In this document: one piece after another, positions 40,308 through 56,278 of the stretch
How the letters are laid out: every line of letters starts with the position of its first letter
Position numbering within the stretch: the stretch's first letter is position 1
NCBI GenBank assembly: GCA_964016885.1
Contig: OZ024742.1
Span: 298,406,001-298,470,000, forward strand
DNA from: Eledone cirrhosa
Lineage: Eukaryota
Length of the DNA stretch: 64,000 nt
Direction: 5' to 3'
Translations under genes and position numbers: made by a program
The notes under the pieces: model-generated
Told to the model about the DNA's origin: nothing
The model's input: the letters and a program-made list of their open reading frames with translations, nothing else
Database searches by the model: none

Positions 40308-40541
40308 TCCGTTGTATCTATTTCTGTGCTTGTGTATGTTGGGGAAGTGACGTTGTGTAAGTATTAGAAAAAACAAAGAACCCTATGGAAAGGAATATGA
40401 TAGACATCTCGTATAAAAAGGACAAATATTAATACTAAGTGAGAGAAGAAATAATAATATGTTTGGCATCAATTTTAGACATCACAAAAATAGTTCAAAG
40501 AAAGAGAAGATGAATCACTAATGGAAAGCGAGGCTAACAAG

Positions 40542-40575
<34 letters not shown>

Positions 40576-40714
40576 TCGGTATACAAGGATACAATTCACT
40601 TGTAGCACTCAACATATGGTTATATATATATATATATATATATATAAATATATAAATATGTAGTCACATATATTATATATGTGACTACATATTTATATAT
40701 ATATATATATATAT

Positions 40715-41704
40715 GCTCTATAGAAATAGTGGACAGCTTCCGTTACCTGGGTGACAAAATCAGCAGTGGGGGAGGGTGCTCTGAAAGTACAGTAGCTAGA
40801 GTCAGAACTGGATGGAAAAAGTTCAGAGAGCTTATACCACTATTAGCCGCTAAAGGGTTCTCCCTAAAAACGAAAGGCAGGTTGTATGATGCCTGCATAC
40901 GAACAGCAATGTTGCATGGCAGTGAGACCTGGGCATTGTGTGCAGAGGATATACGCAGACTAGAGAGGAATGAAGCTTGCATGCTCCGCTGGATGTGTAA
41001 TAGTAATATACGTGAACGGCAAAGCATAAACGAACTAAAGAAAAAATTAGAAATAAGAGGGATCAGATGTTGTTTACTCGAGAGAAGGCTACGTTGGTAT
41101 GGACACGTGATGCGCATGAAAGTCGATAGCTGTATAACAAAGTGCAGGGCAATAAAGATAGACGGTAGCCATGGAATAGGCAGACCTAGAAAAACCTGGG
41201 ACGAGCTGATAAACTCCGACCTCACACACTTACACCTCTCCAAGACAATGTCACTGAACCGAGACCTTTGGCGGTACTCAGTAATAGAGAAGACCCACCT
41301 TACCTAAATACATAGTAAAACCTACTACAGTCAGTAGGCATCTCTAACAAAATACACCCCCGTCCCACCCACCCCACCCCATCCACACCGCCCCCTTCTA
41401 TGTAAAGTTATGTTGGTGCCACACCATCCAGGCCGAAACAAATGAGATCGTGTAGGTGTCACAACAAAAAAACACACAGTCCACGCTGTAATGTGGCCGT
41501 GTAGGCAACACGGTAAAAACCTCCCAGACCCACACTGTAAATGTGGTTGGTGTTAGGAAGGGCATCCAACTGTAGAAAACCTGCCAGACAGTCCTATGCG
41601 AGCAAGACAATCACTCTTGCCTCAAGTGGGAAAACCCCCGTCCAAACCCATGCAAGCGTGGAACACGGACGTTAAACGTTGATGATGATGATGATGATGA
41701 TGAT
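40715..41704 (+). mobile_element. 5'-truncated RTE family A copy
   Basis: SIEIVDSFRYLG...RRLRWYGHV...IEKTHLT*, 3' UTR, (GAT)n; both ends in (TA)n. Confidence 0.93.
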
Positions 41705-43814
41705 ATATATATAACCATATGTCTAAATACAGGTACACATTGATATGTGTGTGGGGGGGGGGGATATGTTTGTTTGTATGTGGTGGTGAATTAGCCATCA
41801 TTACAATGTCAGATAGAATGCTTTGAAGTATTCCCTCTGGCTCTCTGAACTCAAATCCCTTTGAGGTTGTCCCAGTCTAATACTTATCACACTCTCTCTC
41901 TCTTTCTTTGGATAAATTAGGCTGTTTTCAGACCTGTAAAGGAGATGGTTTCCACCAGGTTTTAAAAATGCCCAAGAAAACCATGGTGCCCCTAAGACTC
42001 CAACAGAAGTTATTAGTACACACACACATATATATATATGTACTGAACAAGTGTATACAAAATTTCCAGGAATTAAGCAAATGAATATTCATTAGTGTGA
42101 GCAGAGTCTAAGTTTTATTTTCTGAAGAAATAAATGACAGTTAAATGCATGCAATGCATTCTGCAGAATGAGGAAATATATGTCAGAAAGTGTAGGACCT
42201 CACATATGTTTGAGAGGGCAGTATCTTCAATAATGTACTGACTCAATCTGTGACGACCCATCCAATCTTCATTATCAGGGAAAGGGGATGTTAAATGATG
42301 ATATATATATAGAAACATATAGAGAGATAAGGCTGTTGATTTGACAGAGGTGCTAGTATGTCAAATAGAATTCACAGCGACATTTGTTCTGCATTTTTGC
42401 TTACCGAGGTGCAATTGCCTTTCAACCTACGAGAGCCAAGAAAGGATATACTAGCCAAGTGCTCAAGCAGTCCTCTCTCCCTCAAGGTGCCACATCCTGG
42501 ATATTCAGCAAGGGCAAGAATCTGTCTGTTTGCTTGCAATTACACTGACACTGAAAACCATTAGCAAAATCATGACACATGCTACTAAGCCATCCTTGAT
42601 TGCAAATGACAGCTATAATACACACACACATATATATACATATACACACACACATATATATATACACATATATACACACGCACACATATATATATTAGAC
42701 ATTCTCATACATACATATATACACATATACACGTGTGTATGAACCTATATTGTTCGGTAATAGTCAATATTGATCTCTTTGACATTTCCTCTGTAAAAAT
42801 TGATTTTCAGCTCAGTTCAAAGAAAAATATTTTAGATATATTTCCTGACCACGTCATACATTTCAAATAGATGTGTAATAAGATAGCAAGTAGACTGATG
42901 GCTTCTTGTTCGTAATATAACCTACACATTAATGTTTATACAACAGATGTCATCATACATCTACATTTCCTATTGGCATAGTTAGACGGCTCACTAGAGT
43001 CTGAGACGGATGGATCTAAGAACCACATCATGGTCATACATTCCATATTTTAGAAAGGTGGCTAGAGTTAGGGCTTTGTGTTCTTTCCAATACAAATGAC
43101 CTCACAGAATGATAGGTTCTATTTTGGCATCAGCACTACCATTTTACACTGTGAACTAGGAGTATTTTATCTTAGCACCAAAAACTACTACATTACACTG
43201 GGTACATTTTATTGTGGTACCAGCTTTACCACTTTACAAAGTGCTCAGGATGCATTTTATTGTGGCACTAGTCAGAATTAGATAATTACATATAAGCTGC
43301 ATGCATGTCTGCATGGGAAAGATATTAACTTCAGAACCTCATGGTTTCAGCTTCAATAATCCTGCAGAACACTTTGGGCAAGCTTAAAGTTTTCTGAGTT
43401 AAATTTGGTAGACTGAAACTGTGTAGACATAATCATAAGTGTAGGTGTGTATATGTTTGTCCCTATGTAGGTATTCATACTGGTACCAATTTAACTAATG
43501 TTGGTTATTTATGTGCCTCAGCTTATGGGTTTCATATGAGAAGATCAGTGGAAATAAGGACCATACATAAAAATATAAGGCTTAGCCTCAAAAAAGGCTC
43601 AAAAAAGGCTCATTCAACCTATGCCAGTATAGAAACCTGGGCATAAAGAAGATATTGATAAAAAAAATATGTTAGGCTTCACTAAAACAATTTTAAAAGT
43701 AACATACAGGTTCAAGAACATAACTGACACCTTGATAAAGTTGATTCTAATTAAAATGATACACAATCTCTTAGCTATTCTGTGTATAACCTCAAAATTA
43801 TTTTAGAGGCTATA

Positions 43815-44250
43815 GAGAGTTGTCATCACTGCTGACAGCAAAGGGCTTCTCCCTTAGAGTGATTGGCAAACTTTATGATGCCTGCATGCAAACTGCAATG
43901 TTTCATGGCAGTGAAACTTAGGCCGTGACCACAGAAGACCTGTGGAGGCTAGAAAGAAATGAAGAGAGTATCCTCTAATGGATGTGTAAAATTAGTTTGC
44001 ATGAACGACATAGCATATTTCTACTGAAAGTAAAGCTCAGCATAAAATGAATTGGATATAGTGTGCAGGAGAAATGACTGCAATGGTATGGACATGTCAT
44101 GCATATGGAAGATGGCAGCTGCATAAAAAATATGTAGAGAAACCCCAGTGGGTGTGACTTGTGGAAGAAGCAGACCCAGGATGACTTGTGAAGAGTTAGG
44201 GAAGACTGACCTTAAGAAACTAAACCTCACAATAGAGATGACTAGTTCTA
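43815..44250 (+). pseudogene. Degraded RTE 3' coding fragment
   Basis: KGFSLRVIGKLYDACMQTAMFHGSET...LERNE...WYGHVMHM. Confidence 0.75.
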
Positions 44251-44888
44251 GTATAATTTCTACAGCTGAATGAACAGTGCATATTGTGACACCAGCACTA
44301 GGAAGGTTGTCATTTCCTTTACACAAATGAATACTCTCAACCTTTTGTTTGGCATGGTTTTGCAGCTAGATGTCCTTTCAAATATCAACCACGTTAAAAA
44401 GTGTACTGGTAGCATATTTTGTGGCACCAGCACTATGTTGTCCTGTCCTAGACAACTGAAGAGTCCAACAACCAATTAATTTGCATGGCTTCTGTAGCTG
44501 GATACCCTTTCTAACCTCAACCCTGTTTCAGAGAGTAGAAGGCCTATTTATTATGGAATCAGCACTAATAAGGTTGTCAAGTTCTCAACACAACTGAACC
44601 CTTTGTTTGGCATGGTTTCTGGATATGCTTTCTAGCACCAATTACTTTATAGAGTTTAAAGGGTGTATCAGGGAGGTTGTCCTCGACACAATTTGAATAA
44701 TAATGATTACTTCTATTAAATGACATTTAATGATATTACACAATATATTTTGTTCTTTCATCTTTATAATTGCTGAATTAAACATACTTCTGTTTAACAA
44801 TGATCTTTTTTAGTTCACTTGGGAGATAAAATACTTGAGTTATGTCACACATAGTTCATTTGATGTCTGTGTGTGCACGCGCATGTAA

Positions 44889-44950
<62 letters not shown>

Positions 44951-44989
44951 CTTTATAGAGTTTAAAGGGTGCATCAGGGAGGTTGTCCT

Positions 44990-45029
<40 letters not shown>

Positions 45030-47624
45030 TATATATATTGTTTTATTGCATTGAATCAAATTGTATATTAACACTAACATTTTATGAATAATTTATACAT
45101 TTTTCCCTCTATAATTGATATCATTCATCTGCATATTAATTATCATTTCACATTTCCTCTTTTTGTTAATTGGGTAAATATATTGAACTTAATTAAGTTA
45201 TATTTCATCAAAACGACTGTATGAATAATTTCTGTAGCACATAATCATTTCTTCAGTTGATATTTCCTTCTGCCTATTGATTTTTATTTTACAGAATTCA
45301 TCTTATTGCAGACCAATGATTCGTGCAATACACTAACAGTGTATTAATGGACCATTTTTTCCATATAATCCCCATTCAATCAATTGATACCAAAGCATCT
45401 GTAACCAGGGCTGGTGCTACCATTAGGTCAATGAGGCAGCCAACTGGGGTAAAGATACTACAGAGAAACATTACTGAATCTTAAAGTGCCACAGTTTTAT
45501 CTAAAATATGTATAATTTTAACAAATATTTTCCTGATTAATAAATAAATCACTAAACATCTTTACCATATAATAGTGTTGGGGAAATATCAAAGTGGTGA
45601 AGAGTGTCATATGTTGTTAGGCCTTGTTACATGATTTGGCATAGATGAGTGGCAACAATGTTGTAATAATTTTCTTAGTGTGCTCAGAACAATAGGGGTC
45701 AAAACTTGGGTTCATCAACTTGCTAAACTGCAAGTTGAATTTATTTTCTTTGGGTGAATGAGGCATGTACTTGAGACAAGATAGCACACATTTTAGAGAT
45801 ATAGGTATCTAATTTCCTAAGTGCAGTTCTGTCTGTAATCAACTCTGGTTCTACAATGCTAAGCTGTTATTTTTTAAGTGTTAAATCCTCCTAAATTATT
45901 GAAAATATGAATTGAAAATAATAGACAGTATTTTTCATTAGTAAAATGGTAAACAACCACTTGAAACCATCCCTAGTTCTGTGATTCTAAGCATTCTATA
46001 AGAAACTGTTTATATTTATCAAAAGATCTATCATAATTTCATGCAAGAATATCTGTTAAGTGATGTTCCAAACATAAGCTCCTAAGTCTGTCTCAAGCCA
46101 TCACCCTTACCACAATGCCGCGTGCCTCCACAAACATCAGCTTAATAATGAAAAAGTTATTTAAATTACTAAACACTTTCAAGTTCTTGATTATTTACAA
46201 AAAGATTTGAAAATCATGCACAGTATCTTTCATTAAAAATATGATAATGAAATGGTTACACAAATCAAAATCTATGGGAATCGAATTAAATAGGTGTCTT
46301 ACAAACCGGAATATAAAATTTTATAGACACAAAAATACACTTGCACTATTCAATGGGATATACTTAGCTATGGAAATATAAACCATTTATAATTATTCAA
46401 GATTTCAATCAGAATTGAATGTAGGAGATAAATGTAAAGCAGATTCTAAACATTTTAATGAGGTTAATTAGATTCTACAAATTAATTGATTCAAATTTCT
46501 ATACAGTTAATGAAAATGCTCAAAAGACATCTCAGAGAGAAACATATATTCTATAATTCTTTTATTGGCTTCAGTCATTTGATTGCAACAATGCTGGGGC
46601 AACATGTAACATTTCTCATAAAATAATACACTGCGAATAAGGATTTAGCTGAAGATTTAACTTTCAATAAGATAAGTATTTCTACTTTCAGTATTTTCTC
46701 ATCTCCCAGTTCACACAAATATGTGTTTTGTGTGAGTATGTATAACATTATTTTAGAAAGCTACAGATTTTACATTGTATGACCTTCTAAAATCCTGCTT
46801 CCTGCATTTTCCAAAATGCTTCAAGAAAACTACAGCATCCTACTATATATAGAGCCATCATTATCTGTTGAGTATGACACTAATCATTGTAGGTAGCAAT
46901 GTAGTCACAAGCAGACACAGACACCCTCTTGATCCTTCTTAATTTGTGTTTTACTCGATTTTATTGTAACTCCCCACTGTCCCTGTCTATCTGTCGGCCC
47001 TTGTGGCCAATAAATGAAACCATTATATACAGGACACAATGGACAGAAGAAATCTGTGTTAACACATAATTTAGCCCACACATACACATATTCACACATA
47101 CATATATATATGTGCATATTTACACATACATGCATACACAAGTGGTATTATCACAATGTGTCATTTGAAAGATTGTACTGTTCAATCCAAAAGATCAGTA
47201 ACTATGGCTTTATACATTATTCATCCTATAATTGACATTTATTTTAGTCTAATCATAATCTTCAGGGATGGTTTTCAAAATGTAATAGAGAACTTCAGCT
47301 TTTCGTTATGAATTAACTGTCAATATTTGAATATGTAAATGATATGAAATATGGTAAGCATTTAGTGGACACATACTGACAGGACCAGACTATGCATTTA
47401 GTGTTTGATAGACATTAAGTACAGGGTTTCAGTTTCATCCATGACCTCTTTCATAATGTCTCTGAACATTCAGATTTTTAGTTATACTGTATTTACTCAT
47501 TTAAAAGTTGGAATTATTTAGGCTATTATTACAGGGATATGAATTTTGAGGGACTGAAATTTGCAATGTCAACTGAAACACAAATAGATTCTAAGTGAAT
47601 AAAAAAGAACATTGAGTTATAGTA

Positions 47625-47810
47625 ATAATTGTTTATACTTTTGGCCCAAGGCCAGCAATTACCCAATACATTACTGGTACTTTATTTTATCGACCCCATA
47701 AGGATGAAAAGCAAAGTTAACCTCGACGAGATTTGAACTCAGACCGTAAAGGGACATAACTACACTAGAAAGCATGGCATCCAACCCTCTACCGATACTG
47801 CCAATTCACC
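47625..47810 (-). mobile_element. Nin-domain SINE (family 1, short form)
   Basis: Reverse of ggtgaattggcagtatcggtagagg...gagttcaaatc...tttcatccttatggggtcgataaaataaagtacc...ggccttgggcc. Confidence 0.85.
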
Positions 47811-49480
47811 AGAATGCCAATGTTTCTATACACCAAAATATATTTCCTTCCAACAAAACACATAATAAGACATAGTTCTTATGAGTATTTCCAGGTCTTT
47901 TAGTCCACTACCCTCAGCAAACTAGCTAAATAAAAATCCAAAGCTCAAAATTTCAGAATATTACAGTTACTTACCACAATACTATCTACATGGTCCAATA
48001 ATAATATAATTGTGATGAATTTCAGCCTAGTTGCATTGCTACACATGACTGTTTACATGACAGATAAGGAGATGGGAAATAAATATTTCCTAAGAAATAC
48101 ACATCATCACAGAATTTATGAATTATCAGGGGAATATTTAGTATGATATACAAACATCGGAACATAATAGCATTGAAAAATTAATTGCCTCATCATCACA
48201 TTTATGTACTTTGATTCCCAAATGTTGATCTGTTTGCAAAGAACTAGGGTTAACTTTTATATAAGTGTATATAGTAATAAACACAATGGTTAAACCAATA
48301 AGCTTAGCTCACTGACTAATATATCTTGAGCTCAGAGTTTACAACATGTACTGAAACTGAAACAGGAACATTTATTCATTTGTCTCAGTGAAAAATAAAA
48401 TATGGGGAAATAATATAATTCTTTTTATTTGATAGCCCAAAAAGGAAGCAAAATATCAATTTTATTCTTAGGCACTCTTAGACTATTTTATTGATAGCAA
48501 TCAGAACAGATACACAGTTATTAGATAACTAGTTGCTTGGTCTTAGCACTTATAGCATAAACAAACTCTGCTGAAGACACTCAAGTATCTGAAAAGGAGC
48601 ATGAATGCATGTCATATTTAACAGAGTTGCAAGTTAGTATGTGATGTATACTAAAAGATAGTGGATGAAGGAATAGCTAAGATGACTAGATCTAAAAATT
48701 AGGTATCTCAGATTTGATATCTGAGTGATATATATATATATGAAATGAAACTAGATCTAGCCAACAAATGTATCCAACTGAGAAGTAGTTCTGACGGTGA
48801 TGATGACTAAACATAAAAAGGCTGCTAACAAGCAACTAACAAGCCATCAGTGTATCAACAGTGTTTTTACCCAGAGAGCAAAAATATTCCAAGTTAACAC
48901 GTCAGTTTTTAAGTTGTTAGAAAGCAAATCAGAACAGACGATCCAAAAATCTGAATTAGCATTATTCAAAATAATAGAGAATTTTAAAGAATATGACTGC
49001 AATGTTAAATTTGTAAATAATTTAAATCATCAACATATTCACCATGTGGAAACAATAAAGGGTAGGTCATGGGAACTAAGTGTCATGAAGTATATGGTAT
49101 TTTCTTAGGAGGATGGTATTTAGGGTAGATGACAATATCAGTGTACAGGTGGTGCACCATCTATCCCCACAAAAAACAACAGCTATTTCATTTCTAGTTG
49201 GTAAATTGTAGTGTCTCATATCTGATACTCTGCTAAATCTTAATTCACAGTTCTGTATTGGACGATTTTCACTTCTTGCTCTTTGCTGCTCTTCCTGTTC
49301 TATGGCATGCATTGTTTTATACACTTCGACATATAGATTACATTCATGCAACAACTCACTTATCATAGTCATTGTTTGCGTTGAGCAGTCATTATTTTTC
49401 GAGGCTTCCAATCTGTGCTGCATGGCTTTATTTGCATCAATAATATATAGCTGGCCATATTGTGGTGTATTTTCTGCAAG

Positions 49481-49885
49481 TTACAGAGGTGTGGTATTGT
49501 GATATGTTTGACCCTGAATACGAAAGAAATACTGGCCTCTGCCAGGTGGTAAGGCAAGTTTAACACCAAATGAAGCGAAGGAAAAGGCAGGGTTGTAATT
49601 GCAGATGTTCCAAAGAAATACAACTGCTTCCTGGCCTTCTTCAAAGAGATTTCTCAGTCTCTCAGGGTATATTTGTAATGGAGGCAGCAAAACTTTTCCC
49701 TTATTATAATAGTTATAATTTTTATTTCTAAATTTCAAAGCTCCGCAATGTTCGCATGAAACATTCATATCACCAATATAAAATTCTTCTATATTGCCAT
49801 TAATTTTAATTGCCGGGCAGTTTCTCCTACGTCGCTCACTGGACATTCTATTCTTTCTGAAATTCAGAAGTTCTTCAGCATTCAT
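49481..49885 (-). pseudogene. Helitron zinc-finger / pre-Rep segment
   Basis: 134-aa ORF with CxxC and the N..FSFAS.G / GQ.YH motifs; frameshifts into 49076-49423. Confidence 0.85.
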
Positions 49886-50216
49886 GTTTTCTGTTCTATA
49901 TGCACCTCCCTGCTGCTCAAGATAATGTGCTCATTCATTCTTATACATGTGGTCTCTTGTTGCCTTAGCTGATTACACTGAAATGTAATGCATGATCTTC
50001 TGGGACTATATTATCTCTTCTTTCTTGCTGTCTGAGTGTTTGTTTCTCCAGATATTCTTGACGTTTATCTTGAAACATATCTCTTCTTTTCTGTTGCCTT
50101 AGTCTAGCTTGCTCTAAAACAAAGGTTCTCAACGGGCGGGGGTGGCATATGCTCCTGAGGGACGTTTCGGAGCTCCAGGGAGCGTTTTGGAGCAAAGGGA
50201 CGTAGCATAGTTACGT

Positions 50217-50375
50217 CTGTAAAGGGACGTAGCATAGTTACGTCCCTTTACAGTCTGAGTTCAAATCCCGCCGAGGTTAACTTTGCCTTTCATCTTTATG
50301 GGGTCGATAAAATAAAGTACCAGTAATGTGCTGAGTAATTGCTGGCCTTGTGCCTAAAGTAGAAACAATTATTAC
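50217..50375 (+). mobile_element. 5'-truncated Nin-domain SINE with a fold-back at the truncation
   Basis: ctgtaaagggacgta / tacgtccctttacag hairpin, then B box, Nin domain and tail. Confidence 0.8.
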
Positions 50376-51623
<1,248 letters not shown>

Positions 51624-51624
51624 G

Positions 51625-51730
51625 CGCAGTGTGACAAGAAGCTTGCTTCCCAACCACATGTTTCCGGGTTCAGTCCCACTGCTCACTAAAGAGGATAGAC
51701 CGAAACTAAAAGAAGCGCGTCGTATATATG
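51625..51730 (+). mobile_element. tRNA-SINE family 3, internally deleted
   Basis: gtgtgacaagaagcttgcttcccaaccacatgtttccgggttcagtcccactg ... gaaactaaaagaagcgcgtcg. Confidence 0.65.
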
Positions 51731-51954
51731 TAATATGTCTGTGTGTGTCTTTGTGTTTGTGTTTGCCCTCCCACCAATGTTTGTTGGTTTGTTGACGTCC
51801 CCATAACTTACCAAGGTGATGCTCCAGCATGGGCGTAGTCCAGAGCCAGAAAAAAAGTAAAGTGTATATATATGTGGATGTGTGTGTGTGTGTATGTATG
51901 TCCTGGAGGAGAGGCACTGGGCCAAACGTGGTGGTGGGTGATGATTTTCACCAA

Positions 51955-52172
51955 TTATAATCATTTCTACTATAGGCACAAGGCATGAAATTTAGGGTTT
52001 AGGGTCCCGTCGATTACATCGATCCCAGGTCACAACTGGTACTTAATTTATCGACCCCAAAAGGATGAAAGGCAAAGTTGAGATGGGCGGAATTTGAACG
52101 CGGAACGTAAAAACGGAGAAGTACCGTTAAGCGTTTCGCCAGATGTGCTAACGATTCCACCAGCTCACCGCC
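51955..52172 (-). mobile_element. Nin-domain SINE
   Basis: Reverse of ggcggtgagctggtggaatcgttagc...gcgttcaaattcc...tttcatccttttggggtcgataaattaagtacc...ccttgtgcctatagtagaaatg. Confidence 0.85.
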
Positions 52173-52582
52173 TTATTTTCACCAGTTATAATGGAATCTG
52201 AAATATTGGTTCTACCACGAGCCATAGAAAAGTAGTTCGCGGGCCGCATGTTTGAGCCCCCCGTTGGAGAGATAGATAGATAGACGTGTACCAAACACAC
52301 ACATTTCTTACTCTCTCTGTCTCTCCCTCTTTCTCTTTCTCTCTCCCAATAAATAAATATATATATATATATATATGGCGGTGTTATTTGACGTTGTTGA
52401 AAAGAGCAGTGGCCTTTGACCCGGCAATAAAAACTGGAGTCAAAATTCTTTCTGTACCAAAAACAAGGCACACACAGACACACACACACAAGTTTGTTTG
52501 TGTGTGTGTTAGTGTGCGCGCGCGTGTATGTGTGTGTGTGTTAGTGTGCGCGCGCGCGTGTATGTGTTTGTGTGTATCTATC

Positions 52583-52643
<61 letters not shown>

Positions 52644-53357
52644 GATACAGATATTGTTTGTTCACTGTCACCAAGCATCTCAATTCATTCGTTGCAATTT
52701 AGTTTGTGATCGAGGCACTTTATTTTGCAAGGTACTATTTTTCCCTTGTTTGTGATTCAAGAGAAAGGTAAGAATTTCTTCATTTTTGCATCTTTTGTAT
52801 TTTGACTTTACAGTTTAAATTGTACAATTGTCTATCTACTCAAAATATTACAACAGCTAACAGTGAAATATAGAATTAAAAAAAAATAAGCTTTTTCGAC
52901 TAAGATCAAATCTTTGAGAACATTCACGTCTATTTTTCAAAAGTATATAATTTGAAATAGCTTGCTTTTGTTTTGGACTGAAACTTTTTTGTATTTAATT
53001 CGTACGAGTATTTTTTAAAGATTTGTTTAAAGATTCTAACATAACTTGATTTGGCCCAGTAATCTACTGATATTAAAATCAGTAGTATATTGAAAAAGGA
53101 AAAAGAGGGTGGGGGGCCTTTCGTGATTTCGAGGGGCCGAAATGGGTTGAGAACCTTTGCTCTAAAACGATATGCCTCTGTTCTTCATTTCTTTCCTCAC
53201 ATCTCAGTTGTTGTCTTCTTTCTCTTTCTATTAATTCTTCTCACTGTTCACGTCTAATTCTTGATCTGTATTTGCGCATTTTTTCTCGAACAGCTTGCAA
53301 TCATCTTTCTTGACGTAGAAAGTTTAAATCCATTTTATTAAGGCGCTTCGTTATACA

Positions 53358-53528
53358 AATAATTGTTTCTACTTTTGGCACAAGGCCAGCAAATATCCAG
53401 TGCATTACTGGTACTTTATTTTATCGACCCCGTAAGGATGAAAGGCAAAGTGAACCTCGGCGGGATTTGAACTCAGACCGTAGAGGGACGTAACTATGCT
53501 GGAAAGCATGGCGTCCGACTCTACCGAT
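53358..53528 (-). mobile_element. Nin-domain SINE (short form)
   Basis: Same motifs as 47625-47810. Confidence 0.85.
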
Positions 53529-54189
53529 AACAAATAATAAATGTATGTAATAAATTTCTTAATATAGACATATTAAGCACATATATGGACTACTAAGTTC
53601 ATACATGTGTATTTGTATACATACCTTGTAACTGCGGTCGTTATATATATATGTTCTTACACACATACACTCACACACATACTAACACACACAGACATAC
53701 ATTCACACAAACAGCCACACATACATAATTCCTAGAACGCAACGCTGTGTATGTATATGTAATGACTGAGGAAGTAAGGTGGCGGTGGCACGCGATGTGT
53801 GTGTTTGTGTAAATGTATGTCTGTTTGTGTTAGTATGTGTATGTGAGAGTGTATGTGTGTGTACATGTGTGTGTTTGTGCGTTACATATTCACACACACT
53901 CACACACACATATACAAACACAAACACGCACAGACATGCATTCACATAAACATACACATAGCGTTTCACCACCCCTTCCTTCTTCAGTCATTACATAGAT
54001 ACATGCACAGCGTTGCCTTCTAGGAATTATTCTGAGTTGTGTTTGAGTATATATATATAAAGGCACAAACGCACATACACTCCCACACATATACTAACAC
54101 AAAGATACACAGACATACTTTCACACAAACACACACATAGCGTTTCACCACTCCCTTCCTTCGTCAGTCGTCACGTAGATAGATGTATG

Positions 54190-54530
54190 TAATAATTGTT
54201 TCTACTTTTTTGGCACAAGGCCAGCAAATTCAGTGTATTACTGGTACTTTATTTTATCGACCCCGTAAGGATGAAAGGCAAAGTTAACCTCGGCGGGATT
54301 TGATGTATGTAATAATGATTTCTAATATAAGCACAAGGCCAGTAATTTGAGGAGAGGGGACAGTCGATTAAAACGACCTCAGTACGTTACTGGTGCTTTA
54401 TTTTACCGACCCCGTAAGGATGAAAGACAAAGTTAACCTCGACGGGATTTGAACTCAGACCGTAAAGGGACGTAACCATGCAGGAAAGCATGGCGTCCGA
54501 CCCTCTACCGATACTGCCAATTTACCGCCC
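54190..54530 (-). mobile_element. Two tandem Nin-domain SINEs
   Basis: Full copy 54312-54530 and truncated copy 54190-54302. Confidence 0.85.
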
Positions 54531-55824
54531 TATATATGTGTATGTGTAAATGTGTGTGTGTGTTCTTCAGTTGTCTGTGTATCTGTTTATGTATTTACTT
54601 GTAGATCTGTGTGTATGTGATTTACGAAAGCGTAACGTACGTGACCAACGAAATAAGCAGAATTATAATATTATGTTTAAAGTTATTCCCTTGCTCTCAC
54701 AAGTCTTGAAGACACTGAAAATGGTCAGGAGTATTGTTCCTCCTGTTCTGACTAAACTGGAAAAACCATTTTGTTTTTACAACACTAAATTCTTAATGGT
54801 ATAGTTTAGATAAAAGAATATTTATTACTTTCCAGTATTTATTATAATTTTGACTGCACACATCTAAATACAGCTCATTATAACATCACGATGTTGTCAG
54901 GGGCAACCAATCTGCAGTTAATGGATTGTAGTATTGTAGTATTACATAGTATAATAATATCTGGTCAATTAATAAACTTCTATATAGATACATGTTGCTT
55001 TAAGCAATACAGATTTCCAGTAACTGAAATTACTCATTATTAATCCTAATATTCCCAATAGAAAATACAAAATATCTTGCTTTTTCACTAATCTTTCTTC
55101 TTTTTTTTTTTTTTTTGAAAACTAATTTAACGAAATTTCCAAAATACACAAACTCATTATAAAAGATTAAGTTGAGGAAAGAATTTAGAAATGAAAGAGA
55201 GAGAAAGAAGAAAGAGAATCATGTACATTGTATCAAAGTTAACTAAATTTTAATTCTTAATTCAAGTCTTTCAACATGCCAAATTTGCCTTCATTTTCTA
55301 CATGGTTAAAATAAATAAATGTGGTAGTTATTTAACAGAGTTATTAAACTGTAGGATTAAATACTTTGACATTTGTTCCTGCCCTCTGCATTCTAAGTTC
55401 AAACTATACTGAGGACAGCATTGCCTCATTCTCTTGGGTTCAAGGAATAAAATACCTGTCAAGGGGTAGTGGATAGAAGGAATCATTAAAGGGTCAGATG
55501 GAATGTTTTCAGCTATCTGCCCCAGTATTGGACAGATACCTAACTAACTCTGAAAGGATGAAAGGCAAAATTGATCTCAACGGAATTTGAATTCGGAACA
55601 CAGACAGCCAGGATAGATAATACACCAGATTCTATTCAATGATTTAGTAACTGTCAACTAACCAACTTCCATACAATTTACCCTTTCATAACTATATTTC
55701 TTATGAAATACATTTTCCATGTTTCAATAAAGTTGGAAATAATCATAATTTTGAGGGATTTAGTAAAATAAGCAACCTTTTCATTATTAAGTTGATGTTT
55801 CAAACAATTTAACAAAATCCTTTA

Positions 55825-56278
55825 TTATTTTTATGTAATTTTATCCAAGAAATAATAAATGTTTATTTTCAATATAGAAATAATAAAAAAGAGAAAACAA
55901 AAGGAAAGAAAGAATAGGGAATTATAGAAAAGAAAGAGGAGAGAAAGAAAGAAGAAAAAGATCGAGAAGGGGGGTGGGGGTGGCAAGAGCTCTGGTGTCA
56001 CAGAAGAGAGGGGAGGTTGAATGGGCTTTGGGCCTTGAGCAAGAGGGCAGAAGTGCTGCGCCCCGATGACGAGACGGCAAAAGCATTCCCCTGGACGATG
56101 GCCAGTGACACCCGCGGCAACAGCCACCTAAACTCGCGGGGATCCCCCCTCAGACGAGCCACCGATGCTCCGATCTTGCGGAGGAGCTCGGCAGTACGGG
56201 GTCCAAGTATGTCTAAGGTCTCACCGGTGACCGGTGTGAAGAGGAAGTGGCGGGACAAACCCCGGTATTTGTTTACTT
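55825..56278 (-). mobile_element. 3' end of a CRE-clade (restriction-like endonuclease) non-LTR retrotransposon
   Basis: KYRGLSRHFLFTPVTGETLDILG..LRKIG..GDPREFRWLLPRVSLAIVQGNA, resembling the CRE C-terminal KY..F.P..ET.G / SLA.Q.GNA motif; followed by a T-rich 3' UTR. Confidence 0.75.

Noticed and set aside
48745-48800. Helitron 3' end (CTAG|T on the minus strand)
   Set aside because: No clear GC-rich subterminal hairpin, so the terminus is not assigned.
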